A DNA stretch of 63,776 bases, the filler included, from Asterionella formosa (taxonomy: Eukaryota): the NCBI GenBank assembly GCA_002256025.1. It is 8 parts of 8 records of this genome, joined end to end, with 100 filler letters (N's around TTAATTAATTAA, not from the genome) between each part and the next. Parts side by side here need not be neighbours in the genome. Positions count along the whole stretch, not along the records: positions 1 to 26,633 come from NKIB01001657.1; positions 26,734 to 28,369 come from NKIB01001660.1; positions 28,470 to 30,106 come from NKIB01001661.1; positions 30,207 to 56,832 come from NKIB01001662.1; 4 more parts are not named here. The stretch is one strand, 5' to 3'. The first letter of the stretch is position 1. Every line of letters begins with the position of its first letter. A program made the position numbers and the translations under genes. This document shows positions 21,510-33,911 of the stretch, in pieces. Below the pieces are notes generated by a model, which was not told where the DNA came from, ran no database searches, and worked only from the letters and a program-made list of their open reading frames with translations.

Positions 21510-23865
21510 CTAGGACCTACAGATCTTGATAAACCTACATTGCGAGCTGCACTCAGGACAGCATTTCATCCCTGAAGTGCACTGAAAACAGCAGATCTGG
21601 TGTCCACATGGAGTAATGACACAATCAATGGAACGATCAAAACAGACGATGCACACATCTGTAGCGATTTGTTCGGACTGGGTTCGACTGACAATTGAAG
21701 AAACATCACACTCTGCAGTGAACCGAGCCGACTCATCTTCCCCGAGACTGCTGCATTCATTATACTCTCTTTCCGAGTACATTTCCTCGTCCCACCTTGC
21801 TGCGGTGAGCACATTGTTGCCTTCTCGGATATTGCGATCGCTCGAAGATCCCCGAGGTAAGGCAAGGAGAACAGCTTCTAATGCACGAAGGGATACTATC
21901 AAGTCTTTAATCTCAAAAACGGGCACGCCCTGTTCGATAGAGAGATATTGGATGATTTCCACGTTAAGGGCACTCATGGCGATGCTTAGCACTGTTCGTC
22001 CCTTTGATGTTTGTATTGGCTGCTCCACTGTGCGTGAGCTTTTGTTTTTGGTAGCAACAGCCTTTGTAATTGGACAAAATTGCTCTTCAATCAACCAACG
22101 AACAATCTCAATCTTTCCGCCCTCAACTGCACAGTGAACTGGAAGCCTACAACGACAAAAAATAATTAGATAAGGTGATAAATCAATACGCAACAAAGCA
22201 GACACCTTGCGAAATTGAGAGGGGGACTTACATGGATTCTTCTTTGGAGCGTGCAGGGAAGGGAACTCGAAGATTGATGTTTCCTGTACTATACAAATCA
22301 GTTGCATCATTGTATTTTCCCTGGAGCAGAGCTTGCTTGAATTCAACACTTATCTTGTTGCAACTCAAGCAAATTTTAACCTTGGACTCTTTCTTGATAT
22401 TATACGTCTGGGGTATGCTGATTGACGGCCAAAATGTCGTGCACGTACTACATATGCAAACTCCACAATTGCGACAGTGTCCAGCTCTCCTGAACATGGA
22501 AAAATCCTTGGAGCAAATAAAACAGGTCGGAGTTTTCGAAAAGGGAACCATTTTGGGAGGAGCGTTTGCAATGGCATATTCATGAGCTTGTCGTTCTGTC
22601 GGGAAAGAAAAAGCCTTGAGATATTTTGATGCTGCCTCTGGATTGGTAGGAACACCCTTCTGATTGAAATTAATCGTCGCTATCCACAAGTTGGTGGCAA
22701 CATTGTGGTACACAGTAGCTGAAAGAAGGGTTCTTGGATGGAAACCATTTCGCGTATTTTTGCGATCACCAGGTTGGTCACCTGCCACACGACCCGTTCT
22801 GTTTGAACTACTTCGTTCACTTGGTAATGGATCATCCACATGCGCTAGGCCAAAGCTTATATTCCGTCCAATATTGGCATCAATGACATATGCATTGTTT
22901 TCGTCGTTGACTTTACTTGAACGAGGTGGCAAGCCAGGCCCAACACTGTTCGAACTGGGTACAGTCGGGGGACAATCATTGGCCAATCTTGGTTTGCTTA
23001 GCGATCTCTCTCTGGGAATTGGGTAGGTAGTGACAGTACAACGTCCACGAGGTGCATACGTCACAGGGGGGCGACTTGCGACTCGGCTCCTCGGTGAGTT
23101 CTGGATCGTTTTGGAGGAGAGTGGAATTCGTCGTGTACTGCTGTTAGATCTCGGTCTTGGAGATGGCATTGATCGGCGTCGACTGCTTGATCTGCCTCTT
23201 TCCCGATCCGGGGATACCGATGTACCAGTAGGGTCGTTTACCCTTGCTGACGCCATTGCTTTTCTCTGCTGAGGCTCAGTTGAACGTGTTTTGCGGGCGT
23301 CGGTGCTCCTTGATGACGATGTTGCTCTTCTCTGCTGAGAATCTGGAGCATTTTCAACGATTGATCTACCACGCGTCCTGGAAGTGGCTCGATCCTGAGA
23401 ATCCAACGATGATGAATCTGATGAAAATGAAGCAGGATTCAGCACGCTAACAGCACTGTGATTTTCGCTACCGGCGACCACCAGACGGTTTCGGTCCCTC
23501 ATTGGAGAATGTTGAGGAGGTTTTTGGCTTGTGGATCTGTTATGAACTGATTCGCTGCCTACTTGTTCTCGATTTCTTGTCCCAGCCAGAAAGTTCCCTC
23601 CTCCCTTTATTCCATTCGGTTCTTGTCGTTGAAAGGCAGGAGGTGCTAGGGGAAACCACAAGGAATCGTTGTGGATCGGTTTGTTCATCCACGAAGCAGT
23701 GGAAGAGTTACAAGGACTATAGTTCGAAGGCAAGCCCGATGATTTATAATTTCGAACAGCTTGTGCGCTCCGACTTTCAGCATCGTTGAAAGAAGCGCTA
23801 GAATCGAAAGCCACCCAATCATCAGTTTGTCGCTTTTCGCCCAGCTGAATCTCATGTGCAGGCAT
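21510..23865 (-). CDS. FYVE + ankyrin + C-terminal RING protein; exons 23865-22232 and 22146-21510
   Basis: FYVE-like CFICSKDFSMFRRAGHCRNCGVCICSTC, ankyrin LPVHCAVEGG, RING CIVCFDRSIDCVITPCGHQICCFQC. Intron GTAAGT...TAG at 22231-22147 keeps frame. Confidence 0.88.
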
Positions 23866-25006
23866 TGATTTGCTGAAGCTCGCGATAACGAAGGATACAG
23901 ACGATTATGCTTTATTGAAAATGTGTAAGACTGGTCCTGGCCGTTCAAACAGCACACACCGTTTCCTTTTGTAATACAGCTAGCTGGATGTACATACTGA
24001 GGAAGTTCGATACCAGATATGTATTAGGAAGTAAGGAGAAAATGATCGCCAAAATTGAATTTGAGTGTCCACCCGGCGCGTTGCTCGAAATTTAGTATGG
24101 AAACATGAGGAAGATATTTCTCTAAAAAATTTTGCATGTAACGAGTACTGAATACCGCAACTGGTAATCTAATTATTGACAAATTAAATAGCATGATATC
24201 CCGGTGCTCCGGACTACCACAGTACCGGTAGTCCCTGCAACTCAAGCAACGCGATTGATTTACCGGTAAATGTGCAGCCCAAGGGTCCAGAGGACAGCCT
24301 CACGCACACCAACAGGCTAATTAAAAATTGCCCACAACAATGCATATAAATAGAAACGAACACGTGATCGTGATATTTATAACACATACCGGTATACCGG
24401 TACCAGGTTACTAGCGCGAAGAAAATTTTATGTCGAACAGCCACGCAGACATCCAATGTTTGCGTGTTCGATTAATTTTGAATACCACAGAATGCGGTCA
24501 CAGATGTGAACATGAATTTCCGTCTTCCACGGCATACATGTTACAACGGAGGACGATAGGGTGCCAACATTTGAAATACTTCAAGACATCTAAACCTGAC
24601 AACTTCCTTGCTTATTCAACGGATCCATGAGAGTCACGACACGGTTGGTTTCTTAACGGTTCTTCTGGCGTCATTTGGGTCGTTTGTTGGAGACTACCTG
24701 TATGCAGGCCTATTGGACTAAAATTTCAAAATAGAAGATGTTTCTCTTTCCTAGCTTACGCAAGCGCAAGAGCAGCGAAAGCACATGAACAAAAAGTTGT
24801 TGTAGAGTTGTAGAGTGTTTCATGATTACTGTAGAATTCCACTTCGGAAGATGCATGACGGAAAATGAAATAAAAGAGAGCCACTGACCTATTGACATGA
24901 GTGCTCCCGAAGCTAACCTGTATGTACGCTCATCAAACGACATGAAAGCAATAAACTAGACAAGTTTGATAGTAAGTGCGATGACTTGCTGTATGTTGCA
25001 ACAGAA

Positions 25007-25855
25007 TCAAAACTTCCGAACAAACTCTGCTCTTCGAGATCCATTCTCGCTGCGATATAGCAAAAGCATCCCAGTCAACATCGGGATTTTGACCACTTCT
25101 TCGTTTCTTTTGGACTTTTTGTGAGAAGAAGGAGAATTTTCACTTCGCCTGCTTCGTTGACGAATAGGACGAACTTGACTTGTTGTGCTCATTGTGATCT
25201 CACTTTCTGGTTCCTTGGCTTGACGACGCATTGATCGTTGTTCTCGAGCCGACAAATTTCCATGCCGTGCCGATGAAGAATCTCCTCCTGAAGGATTAGT
25301 TGAGCATTCGGAAAAGGTGACCACCTTGCCAGTCGCATTGGTTGTGGTGGAGATTGTTTTGGAGCGGGCATTGTCAGCGTCGCTTGAGGAAGAATATGTC
25401 TTGACAACACTGTTGGCCAGCCGTTTCTTGAAGTCCCCAGGAGGCGTCTCGCGATTGCTCTCATCGTCACTGATTGTTCGAAAGGCGCATTCGTAGAGTT
25501 CCTCGTCTTTCCACGATGTTGAGTCGAAAGTGACGAGCCAACGAGGACTCGCAGAAGGGGCGCTAAGTAGCTGCAAGAGACGTCCTTTTGCACTTACATT
25601 GTTGCGAGTCACCTATTTGGAAATTCGAATGAAATAACATGGTTCGTGGTTAGCGCAACGTTTTTACGAACAAAGAATGCACCGAAAGTATAACTCTCTC
25701 ACGAGCGCTTCAACCGCTTCGGGAATTGCGGTTCTCATGATCCCAACTTTAAAACAAGAAACATTTTAGTCACTTACCTCCACAATGTCACCCACATTGA
25801 AATCAGTTGCCTTCCTCACCTTTCTGCGAGAGGAGCGACGGACCGATTCAGCCAT
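25007..25855 (-). CDS. Hypothetical nuclear protein with a Tudor/SH3-like N-terminus; exons 25855-25778 and 25612-25007
   Basis: The 26-codon exon 1 (MAESVRRSSRR...FNVGDIVE) splices in frame via GTAAGT...TAG to VTRNN...RWLVTFD. Confidence 0.7.
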
Positions 25856-26042
25856 GGTAGATGAATGCAATCGTTTCGAGTAGTATTTGATCAATCGAAA
25901 TCGTAGAGAAATACTTCTTTGCCCAAACTTTCATTAAATTTTGGTAGCATTCCGGTAGATGATAAAGACAGTCGTCTACATATACTTAGTTTCTATGACA
26001 GTTTGTGGTCCTACACTATTTGTTTATGAATAAATAGGACTC

Positions 26043-26355
26043 GGAGTACCAGGAGTACCAGGAGCACCAGGTACCGGTACTCCATGAAGTGTACTACTGG
26101 TACATGGTACCTGGTACCCGTTACCGTAGAGACAGGAATGATGTATTTCTGCTAGGAGTGGTATGATGGTGCAAAAAATAGCTTTTGTGCATTCCTCCTC
26201 AGGATACCTGGTACCAGGTACATAGAACTGCCAGTATGCACGTATTTTGATTCTGCACAAAACATGCTCCTGGTTCATTGTATATGGGGTACACTTAGTA
26301 CCAGATACCACCACCAGACCGGTTGACTACCGGTTAGGGGGTACTAGGGTACCAG
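26043..26355. repeat. GGTACCW motif cluster upstream of the 25855(-) gene
   Basis: GGAGTACCAGGAGTACCAGGAGCACCAGGTACCGGTAC; TACCTGGTACCAGGTAC. Confidence 0.85.
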
Positions 26356-26633
26356 TCAAAAACTGCTTAAGACCACTATATTACCCCGTTTCTGGACTAA
26401 AATTAGAAAAATGTTCAGCCGACCCCATTTAAACCCTTTGAGCAGAGGTCAACTAATGCATGCAAGTACTAGATAAATGAATCATTTTAACAATTGGAAG
26501 GATATTTCTTGCGATATCCAACTTTTTAAGTCGTTCATTTTGCATTTTAGTGGTCTTAAGCCATTCATATATTTTTCATCATGTATATATACTTTTTAAT
26601 GGTAAACGGTTAGAAAATATTACCTCGTTTTCC

Positions 26634-26733
26634 NNNNNNNNNNNNNNNNNNNNNNNNNNNNNNNNNNNNNNNNNNNNTTAATTAATTAANNNNNNNNNNN
26701 NNNNNNNNNNNNNNNNNNNNNNNNNNNNNNNNN
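26634..26733. other. Artificial contig linker; also at 28370-28469, 30107-30206, 56833-56932, 58569-58668, 60305-60404 and 62041-62140
   Basis: Identical 100-bp N44-TTAATTAATTAA-N44 block with stops in all six frames. Confidence 0.98.
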
Positions 26734-26749
26734 GAGCACTTACGCAATT

Positions 26750-27256
26750 TGGTTTTGTTTTACATTGGTGCTCCCCAACAAGCGAAACGAGCTGTTGAAT
26801 CAACTGAGAAAAAAGGAAATGTGGCTGCGTTTAGTTAACAATTTGTTGTTGTGCTGCCTGCCTGCCTCCCAACGATTGTCATCCAAGTACCACGCACATT
26901 GATGGCTTCATTACCTTAAACATTCTCCATCCTTCGAAGGCGCAATGTGTCGAAGTCACAATGTTTTTCGTTATGTATTGCAAAAATTTTCTTTTCTTGT
27001 CATGTGCTTTACTACGACGTATGTTTTCATGAAGCAGCAGGCATTGTTTGTTAACATGACAGAACGATTTGAAAAATATATTGGCCATGAATATAGTAAT
27101 AAAATTTGTAAATATATATATATATCTAGTGTTATACATTTATAAAATTCAAAGGAACTCTCGATATGGAACATCTGATATGGTTGAGATGATCATACTC
27201 ACATATACATAATTCGAAAATACTCAATGCACTATATGTCCATTGTTTTCCACAAC
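26750..27256 (-). repeat. Dispersed ~480-bp repeat, copy 2
   Basis: Inverted homologue of 14596-15075. Confidence 0.9.
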
Positions 27257-27681
27257 TACCGGTACGTGTACCGGTATTATCTCTGAAATTTGTTTGCATC
27301 GATATTTTCTACGTCCGTTGAAACTAATTATTTAGACCGTTCAAATGCCGCAAGGGTTTTGGTAGCAAATTGTTTAAGCCCCTTTTTTGGGCGGGAGCTC
27401 TTCATGTGTACCGGGACATCATATGACAATAACAATGTATCATATATATATATACAGGGTACCAGTAGCAGGTAGTAACTGATATACATCTAAGCCGCGT
27501 ATTACGTGAAGTGACCATCACGTAAATAAGCCTAGTTGATTTTGAATGCATCACATGAATTGGTTGAATACATCAAAATACGTAGTTGAACATGTCTATA
27601 TATTATCTGAATACATCACGTTAAATATTTGATCAAAGTATCATGCATGCATTCCTGATCATCACTATATTATGTGATCAC

Positions 27682-27781
27682 CTTCACATAATTATTTGAA
27701 ATACTTCACATAATTATTTGAAATACTTCACATAATTATTTGAAATACTTCACATAATTATTTGAAATCCTTCACGTAATT
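27682..27781 (+). repeat. 22-bp minisatellite, ~4.5 copies with a degenerate tail
   Basis: CTTCACATAATTATTTGAAATA at 27682, 27704, 27726 and 27748; partial at 27770. Confidence 0.95.
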
Positions 27782-27918
27782 CTGTAATTTCGTTCACATA
27801 ATTGTAGAATAAAGTTCACTTAATATGTTAAATTTGTTTACGTAATTTTCTGGAGCTCATTCAACTAAATTGAAGAGTTTCATTAATGAAATAAAGCCTG
27901 CTCATTCGGAACGGCATG

Positions 27919-28226
27919 CGAATGCTCCTGCACTGAAAGGGTTTGCTGCAATGTCAATTGAATGTAGAGGAAGATCAGTGTGAGTTATCAGTAGCGTTGC
28001 TCATATAGCCGTCAAAATAGCGCAGTAATCTTACCAGAACAACTTTCATTCCGGACCTCATTGTCCCTGCCTGTTGTCAACAACAATGCGTGAGCTGACA
28101 AGCCATACTAGCATTTAGGTAAACAACAAGAACACACTCACCATTCAACTGTATTGCAGAGTTCTTTTATTTGAGTCGAGGATTCAATTGACATTGCAGC
28201 AAACCCTTTCAATTCAGGAGCATTCG
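27919..28226. repeat. 45-bp inverted repeat pair (43/45 identical), MITE-like
   Basis: Arms at 27919-27963 and 28182-28226. Confidence 0.85.
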
Positions 28227-28469
28227 GATGGAATCCAGGATTGAGTATTGATGCTTTCTGATTTTGTGTTAATGTCATATGATAACAGGGCTCCGTAAAT
28301 CATGAGTTGTTAGTGTGCCTTGGCGTGATGTTTGTCATGCTGCCAGCTGCTGCTGTATTTCTACTGAATNNNNNNNNNNNNNNNNNNNNNNNNNNNNNNN
28401 NNNNNNNNNNNNNTTAATTAATTAANNNNNNNNNNNNNNNNNNNNNNNNNNNNNNNNNNNNNNNNNNNN

Positions 28470-30106
28470 TTTATTGGTGACACATTTCGCAAACGTCCTG
28501 GACCAGCATCGTGGAGCTTGTACTATCCCGTACATAGCCTTCACAAGCTTGCAAACATGTGTATCGGAATCGACTCCGATCAAACCTTGAGGGGGCTCAA
28601 TATAAATGTCCTCATCGACGTCAGCATTTAGAAATGCTGCTTCCACATCAATAGCCTCCGCTCGCCAACCGTTGTACATCGTCACTGCGAGTACCGTTTT
28701 GATTGTCGCATCGCTTGCAACTGGAGCAAATGTCTCAGTAAAATCGACACCTGGGATTTGCTCATATCCCTTCACGACCAATCTTGCCTTGTAAATGGTC
28801 TTCCCGGTTAACACATCTTCTTTAATTCGAAACACCCATCTCGTTTTTAGTGTTCGCTTCTTAACAGTATCACGTTTGACAACTTTCCACACTCCTCTCG
28901 ACTGGAAGTTTTCATATTCTTTGTTGATCGCCTTGATCCACTCTTTCTTGTCTGGTCTTGCCATTGCTTCATCGTAGCTTGTTGGTAATCCTGGATCAGA
29001 AGCCAAACTTGCGTTGTACACAAAATTCACCTGTGTATTCTTCGTAATTTCCTTCATGTTATCCTCCTCGATAACACCAGGCATCTCAGTTCTCCTGAAA
29101 TTTTCACAATTTTCGTACTCGGAGGATTGAACGATGAGTCCAATCTTCGCATTTCACGTGCCAACTTCGCTTGCTTAGACTGAGCACTTTCCGCACGTTT
29201 AGCCTTCACAATTGGGGTATTGGTACCTGTAACCTCATCTTTCGTAGTACCATCTATCTTAGTTGATTGTTCAGTTTTCCTCCCCAATTCTTGCTTGTCA
29301 TCATCTTCATCTTCATTATCGGACACTTCTCGAGGTTCGAACTCGTCGTAAAAATCGTCATGTAACTCTTCATTATCTTCTCGTACTGATATCTCCGTAT
29401 CCTGTTGGTTGGTGACTGGTTTGAACATTTTCTCTAGTCCATCCGTTGGTACGTTTGTTCCATGCCACTCACTCCACTTTACGTCACGTGTATTGACCAC
29501 AGTATTTGTCTCGTGATTATACATGCGATACGTATCTTGAGAGTGGTCATCTGAGTATCCCAAAAAGACACACTTGATGGAACGTGCATCTTATTTCTTG
29601 ACACCTTCTCTTATAGTAACCCAACCAACACGTCCAAATTTCCTGTAGAGCTTGTAGGGCCTCCTTGTATTCGTTTCTCCATAGAACACATCATCAGGAC
29701 TCTTCTTAGTCACTGAATTCACTGTACTGTTTGTCAATCTTGTCGCAGTATGTACCGCTTCTGTCCACAATAACCCCTGATATTCATCTGTAAACTTCGC
29801 ACTTAGCATCATAGCGAGTGCTCTCTGACGCACTGTAACAAAACCACGTTCCACAACACCGTTGTGCTGCGGAGTATGAGGTGCCGTAAATTCCATCTTG
29901 ACACCTTGGTTTTCGCATACTTTCTTTAGTTGCTTGGAGTTCTCACCTGCGTCATCACATCGGACAAACTTAGTCTTATATCCCGCACCTGCAAGTTTTG
30001 TGAGTAACGCTCCAATGACAATTCCGATGTCACTTTTCTTCTTAATAAAATAACTCCAGCGTTTCCTTGTATAATCGTCCACGGCCATCACCCAATACTG
30101 ATTTCC
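28470..30106 (-). mobile_element. Ty1/copia pol fragment (integrase + RT N-terminus) with a stop and a frameshift
   Basis: VDDYTRKRW, VRCDDAGE, TAPHTPQHNGVVER, MGYSDDHSQDTYRMYN, PTSYDEAM, KARLVVKGYEQIPGVDFTETFAPV, IDVEAAFLNA. INT lies before RT. Confidence 0.95.
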
Positions 30107-30208
30107 NNNNNNNNNNNNNNNNNNNNNNNNNNNNNNNNNNNNNNNNNNNNTTAATTAATTAANNNNNNNNNNNNNNNNNNNNNNNNNNNNNNNNNNNNNN
30201 NNNNNNAA

Positions 30209-30601
30209 TGTCACTGTGAACTTGCAGGAGAGGGAATCGAGTATTCTTGGGGTTGCGCCAAGAATTTTTACTGTCGGGTTTCTCTGAAGAGGAAAAAGGG
30301 TAAAGAGGACTTCAGGTCTGTGGTGCGAGAGAGCCTGTCAAAAGACAAAGTGTTAACGACAAAAAGGATAAGACATTTTTCGAGGCGAGCAAGACAATAT
30401 ATATTTTGTGCATACTTCAAGATTTGGAAAGATCTGGAAGAACAACAACATGACAGGATGGACGCCGAAGTTGACACAACAACACATGAAGCGGACCCCA
30501 TCCGTGTTGAGAAGCTTGTCAAACAATTCAAAACACACCGCTGTGCTCTCAGTTTCGACACAACGTTCTGCAAGGCAGCCTATGTCAACGATCTAACATA
30601 G
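30209..30601 (+). mobile_element. C-terminal fragment of an IS630/Tc1-like DDE transposase
   Basis: Frame from 30209 reads CHCELAGEGIEYSWGCAKNFY (HCEL...IE..W...K motif) and continues into ORF 30320-30601. The 5' part is lost in the gap. Confidence 0.7.
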
Positions 30602-31006
30602 CAAACAACAGAGCAACGAAGCAAACAAGAAGCACGCAGCAAAATCAACAAACATGAAGGACGACAACTGGTCGATGTTACATACCTTTTGAGGGGAAAT
30701 GAGCGGAGGGCAACATATTTATATCAAAGAATTTGCATCAATTTTTGTATGCGTCACAACTTTTTACTCTTAATTATTAAATGCAAAAGAAAATCTATAC
30801 TGAGGCCTACGTATCCTACTATATTGATCTTCAGGTTGCAACCAGCCATACCGGTACTCGGGAGGAGTTGCATTTATTTTTAGATTTTTTGTTTTTAACT
30901 GCCTAAAAAATAAAGAGAAGGAACCTGAACAACCACAAGTACAAACGCGAGCATCACAACAAGGAAATAAGGAATCATTTCCCATTGCAACACCGAGGAC
31001 AGTAGA

Positions 31007-32397
31007 ATGACTTGCAGAGTGCGGATTCTCAAATGCCGTCACGCTATTTTGTTTATTTTCTTACTTTCAGCACCATCGCTGTCAAAGACTTATTCCGAAT
31101 CCAAAAGATCAGATCGGAGTAAATCTAGGCACAAACGACATCCAAATCCTAATATTGGTGACGGTCACGACAACATCTTTGTGACGTACACTGATTCGCC
31201 GTCGTCAGCGCCTCTTGAAACTTTTAAACCCTCAAGGGCCTTTGTCGCCGCGACCTCTAGGCCCTCAACGAGCTCGCCGATCACCATTTCTTCTGTATCA
31301 ACGAGTCCTGTGTCGGGCACATCAACTCCCGTGGCCCCTACAACTTTTTTGCCCGTTACAACTGCTCCTGTTTCAGTCGCCCCTGTATCAGCCCCAACTA
31401 CACCCGCTCCTTCTGCCATGTTGCCGAATAGTTCAGCGCAAAATTCCGTTGCTCCAACTTTTGGATCTGAGAGCCCTAGCGTAATTCCTCGCACGCCAGC
31501 TCCTTATTCTTTTCACAGCCAACCATACCAACAATACTGTATCATTGGCTCAACAGGAAATTTTGGTCTGGAATCCGGGAACTTAACGGTCGTCATTTTC
31601 TTTTACGAGATGGAGGTGATTCCCGGAGTCAAAAGTGCCGAGACAAAAAGTTACCTTATTCAACTGTTGGAACGAGCAATTGTGGAAAGTATTCTTCCTG
31701 ATTTATTTTCCGCGCAGTGCAGTGAAAGGATGCGACGGAGGATACTCGCCCTCACCGGCATCAGCACTCGACCTTCTGATTCTATCTTGAATGGAGGTAT
31801 GTTTTATGATCTGTTTATAAATGCAGGGTTTCATGTTAGTTTTTTTCGCTGCCTTACCTGCATATTCTTTTTCCTCTTTCAGTCGAATGTAACATTAAGA
31901 GTGAGAATTGCTTTGTTATAAATGGCTCGATGACCCTTTTTGGTGACGACGACGGAATAACGGCTGAAAAAACAAGGGACCAAGTAAAACTCAAAATTGA
32001 GGATGGTACCTTTGCTAAAGGAATCGATGATAGGATTGCAAGTGTTTCCTGGCATTCATATCTCCAGCTTCAGGAATCTGCATCACCACAGCAACAGTCC
32101 GCTAATAATAGGAGCAATGATGTGAGCAAAGTCCCCGCCTATGCATGGGTTCTTATATGTATTGGATCAGTGTTAATGCTTCTCGCCTTCTGCGCTTGCC
32201 CCAACCCATTTGGTAGTCAACAAAGAGATGAACATTGCCCCACCAAGTCTAGGAGGGGGTCTTTTCCAAAGCTAGATAACCATGAAAGTCTCCTGGTAAG
32301 TGCAAGTGAGTATGATACCTTCAAACTAAATCCAGGGGTTCCAGGGGATTCCCAAGCAGGAGCACATCAACAAGGGAGTACCCATTCTATTTCATGA
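31007..32397 (+). CDS. Single-pass cell-surface protein with a Pro/Thr/Ser-rich stalk; exons 31007-31796 and 31883-32397
   Basis: Signal peptide, PT/SAP repeats, intron GTATGT...TTTCAG at 31797-31882 restores frame, TM segment YAWVLICIGSVLMLLAFCA. Confidence 0.8.
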
Positions 32398-33911
32398 GCT
32401 GTATGCTTTGATTGAGCAAGGAATCTTTTTCAGTGCTAACTGTAATTTATTTTGGTTTATTTCGCTCTAGTTTTGGGGATTGCAGTGATCCTAATTTGTG
32501 GATAGTGAAGTTGTTTATTTGTACATCTTGATTGACTTGATCAATTGCATTGGTGTAGGAGTTCTGTGTTGACATTGATCTTTTTAGGTCACTTGTATAA
32601 TCGTTCATGAATAAAATAACACTCACCATGTTTCTATGATATGCACCTATTAATACACATTTTACAGAGCAATTCATGATGCCCAATAAGGCCATGAGTG
32701 TGTAAACATAGTATTTCTATTTCAGTGTGTGTGTAGTGTTTGATGGGAGCATGCACTACCACGCACTTAGTCGGTTAACCTTCAAACCCTGTTAAAGAAC
32801 AATTTTGAAGCATGAACTCCATAAAGCAATGAGAGTTTGCCGATAATAAGTCTCAGATGTTGAAAGGTTCAACATAGACTGAGAGTGATTGAAGGAACTT
32901 ATCAGATAGGTCCAAGAGATTGAAGAACAAGCAAGCAAGTATCATGTTGTATCTATTCAGTCAAGATACATTTAGGTTTTAGATTCGACTAGATGATTAT
33001 ATATGTGAAAAGAAAGTTGATGAAATCAAGTTTGCTTCTCCTGAAAGGAAAAAGAAGAACCATGCTTGGCTGCCTCCAAGTGACAAATAACATTTCATTT
33101 CAGAACATGTTGCTGGAGTTGACATGTTTGCTTCAATCTTAACTAAATTAAAATTACATTTAGATGAAAAAAGCTCACTCTTTGATAACAACAAACCAGT
33201 GAAACACAAAAGTCACAAACTATTTTGAAGCAAATTTTAACCACATGAATTCCATATTAGCTAACGAGAAACATTTTATTAATATATGCTAGACTAGGCA
33301 AAACCGGTACCTGGGACTGTATTATAGTTACCGGTGGTACATCACGAATAATTGAATAAGCAATTGCTTGTGGCTAAATTGTATGATAATGCATACCACG
33401 TGCCATATATATTTAGCGATTTCAAAAAGGAATCTATGGACGTACGCTCAAATTTCCACTGATTTCTTGAATATTTCAAACGGAATCATGTAATTCAAAA
33501 ATAGCTCATGTAAATTCTTACTTCCAGGGAATTTCGGCAACCCTAAGCAATAATTTAATTATTGGCTTACCAGTACCCTTATGTAGGGTTGAAATGCAGA
33601 AACCTTAAGTACCTGGTACCAGGTACCAGGTACTAACTATCTGTATGATGATGGATTGCATCGTTGCGTGGTCCAATGTCGTACATAGTAAGTACGATCT
33701 GTGTTGTCACCAAGGATGCGTGGTGATGTGTGATCCATATAAAAGTGTACACGATCTTTGCTAAATCCCTGATGGGGGGCGTGCTGTGGTCCTTTTTTGT
33801 GCATGCATACATACATACATGTATTGAAACCAACGCTCACACAACAAGCTCATCCATCAAACAAATGTCGTTCGACAAAAAATGCAATTGAATTAACATT
33901 TTGTCGAGAGA

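Noticed and set aside
26634..26733. Recurrent TTAATTAATTAA flanked by Ns, seven times
   Set aside because: Synthetic scaffold linker with six-frame stops, not biology.
27682..27781. 22-bp repeats as a CRISPR array
   Set aside because: Units are contiguous with no spacers, there are no cas genes, and the context is eukaryotic.
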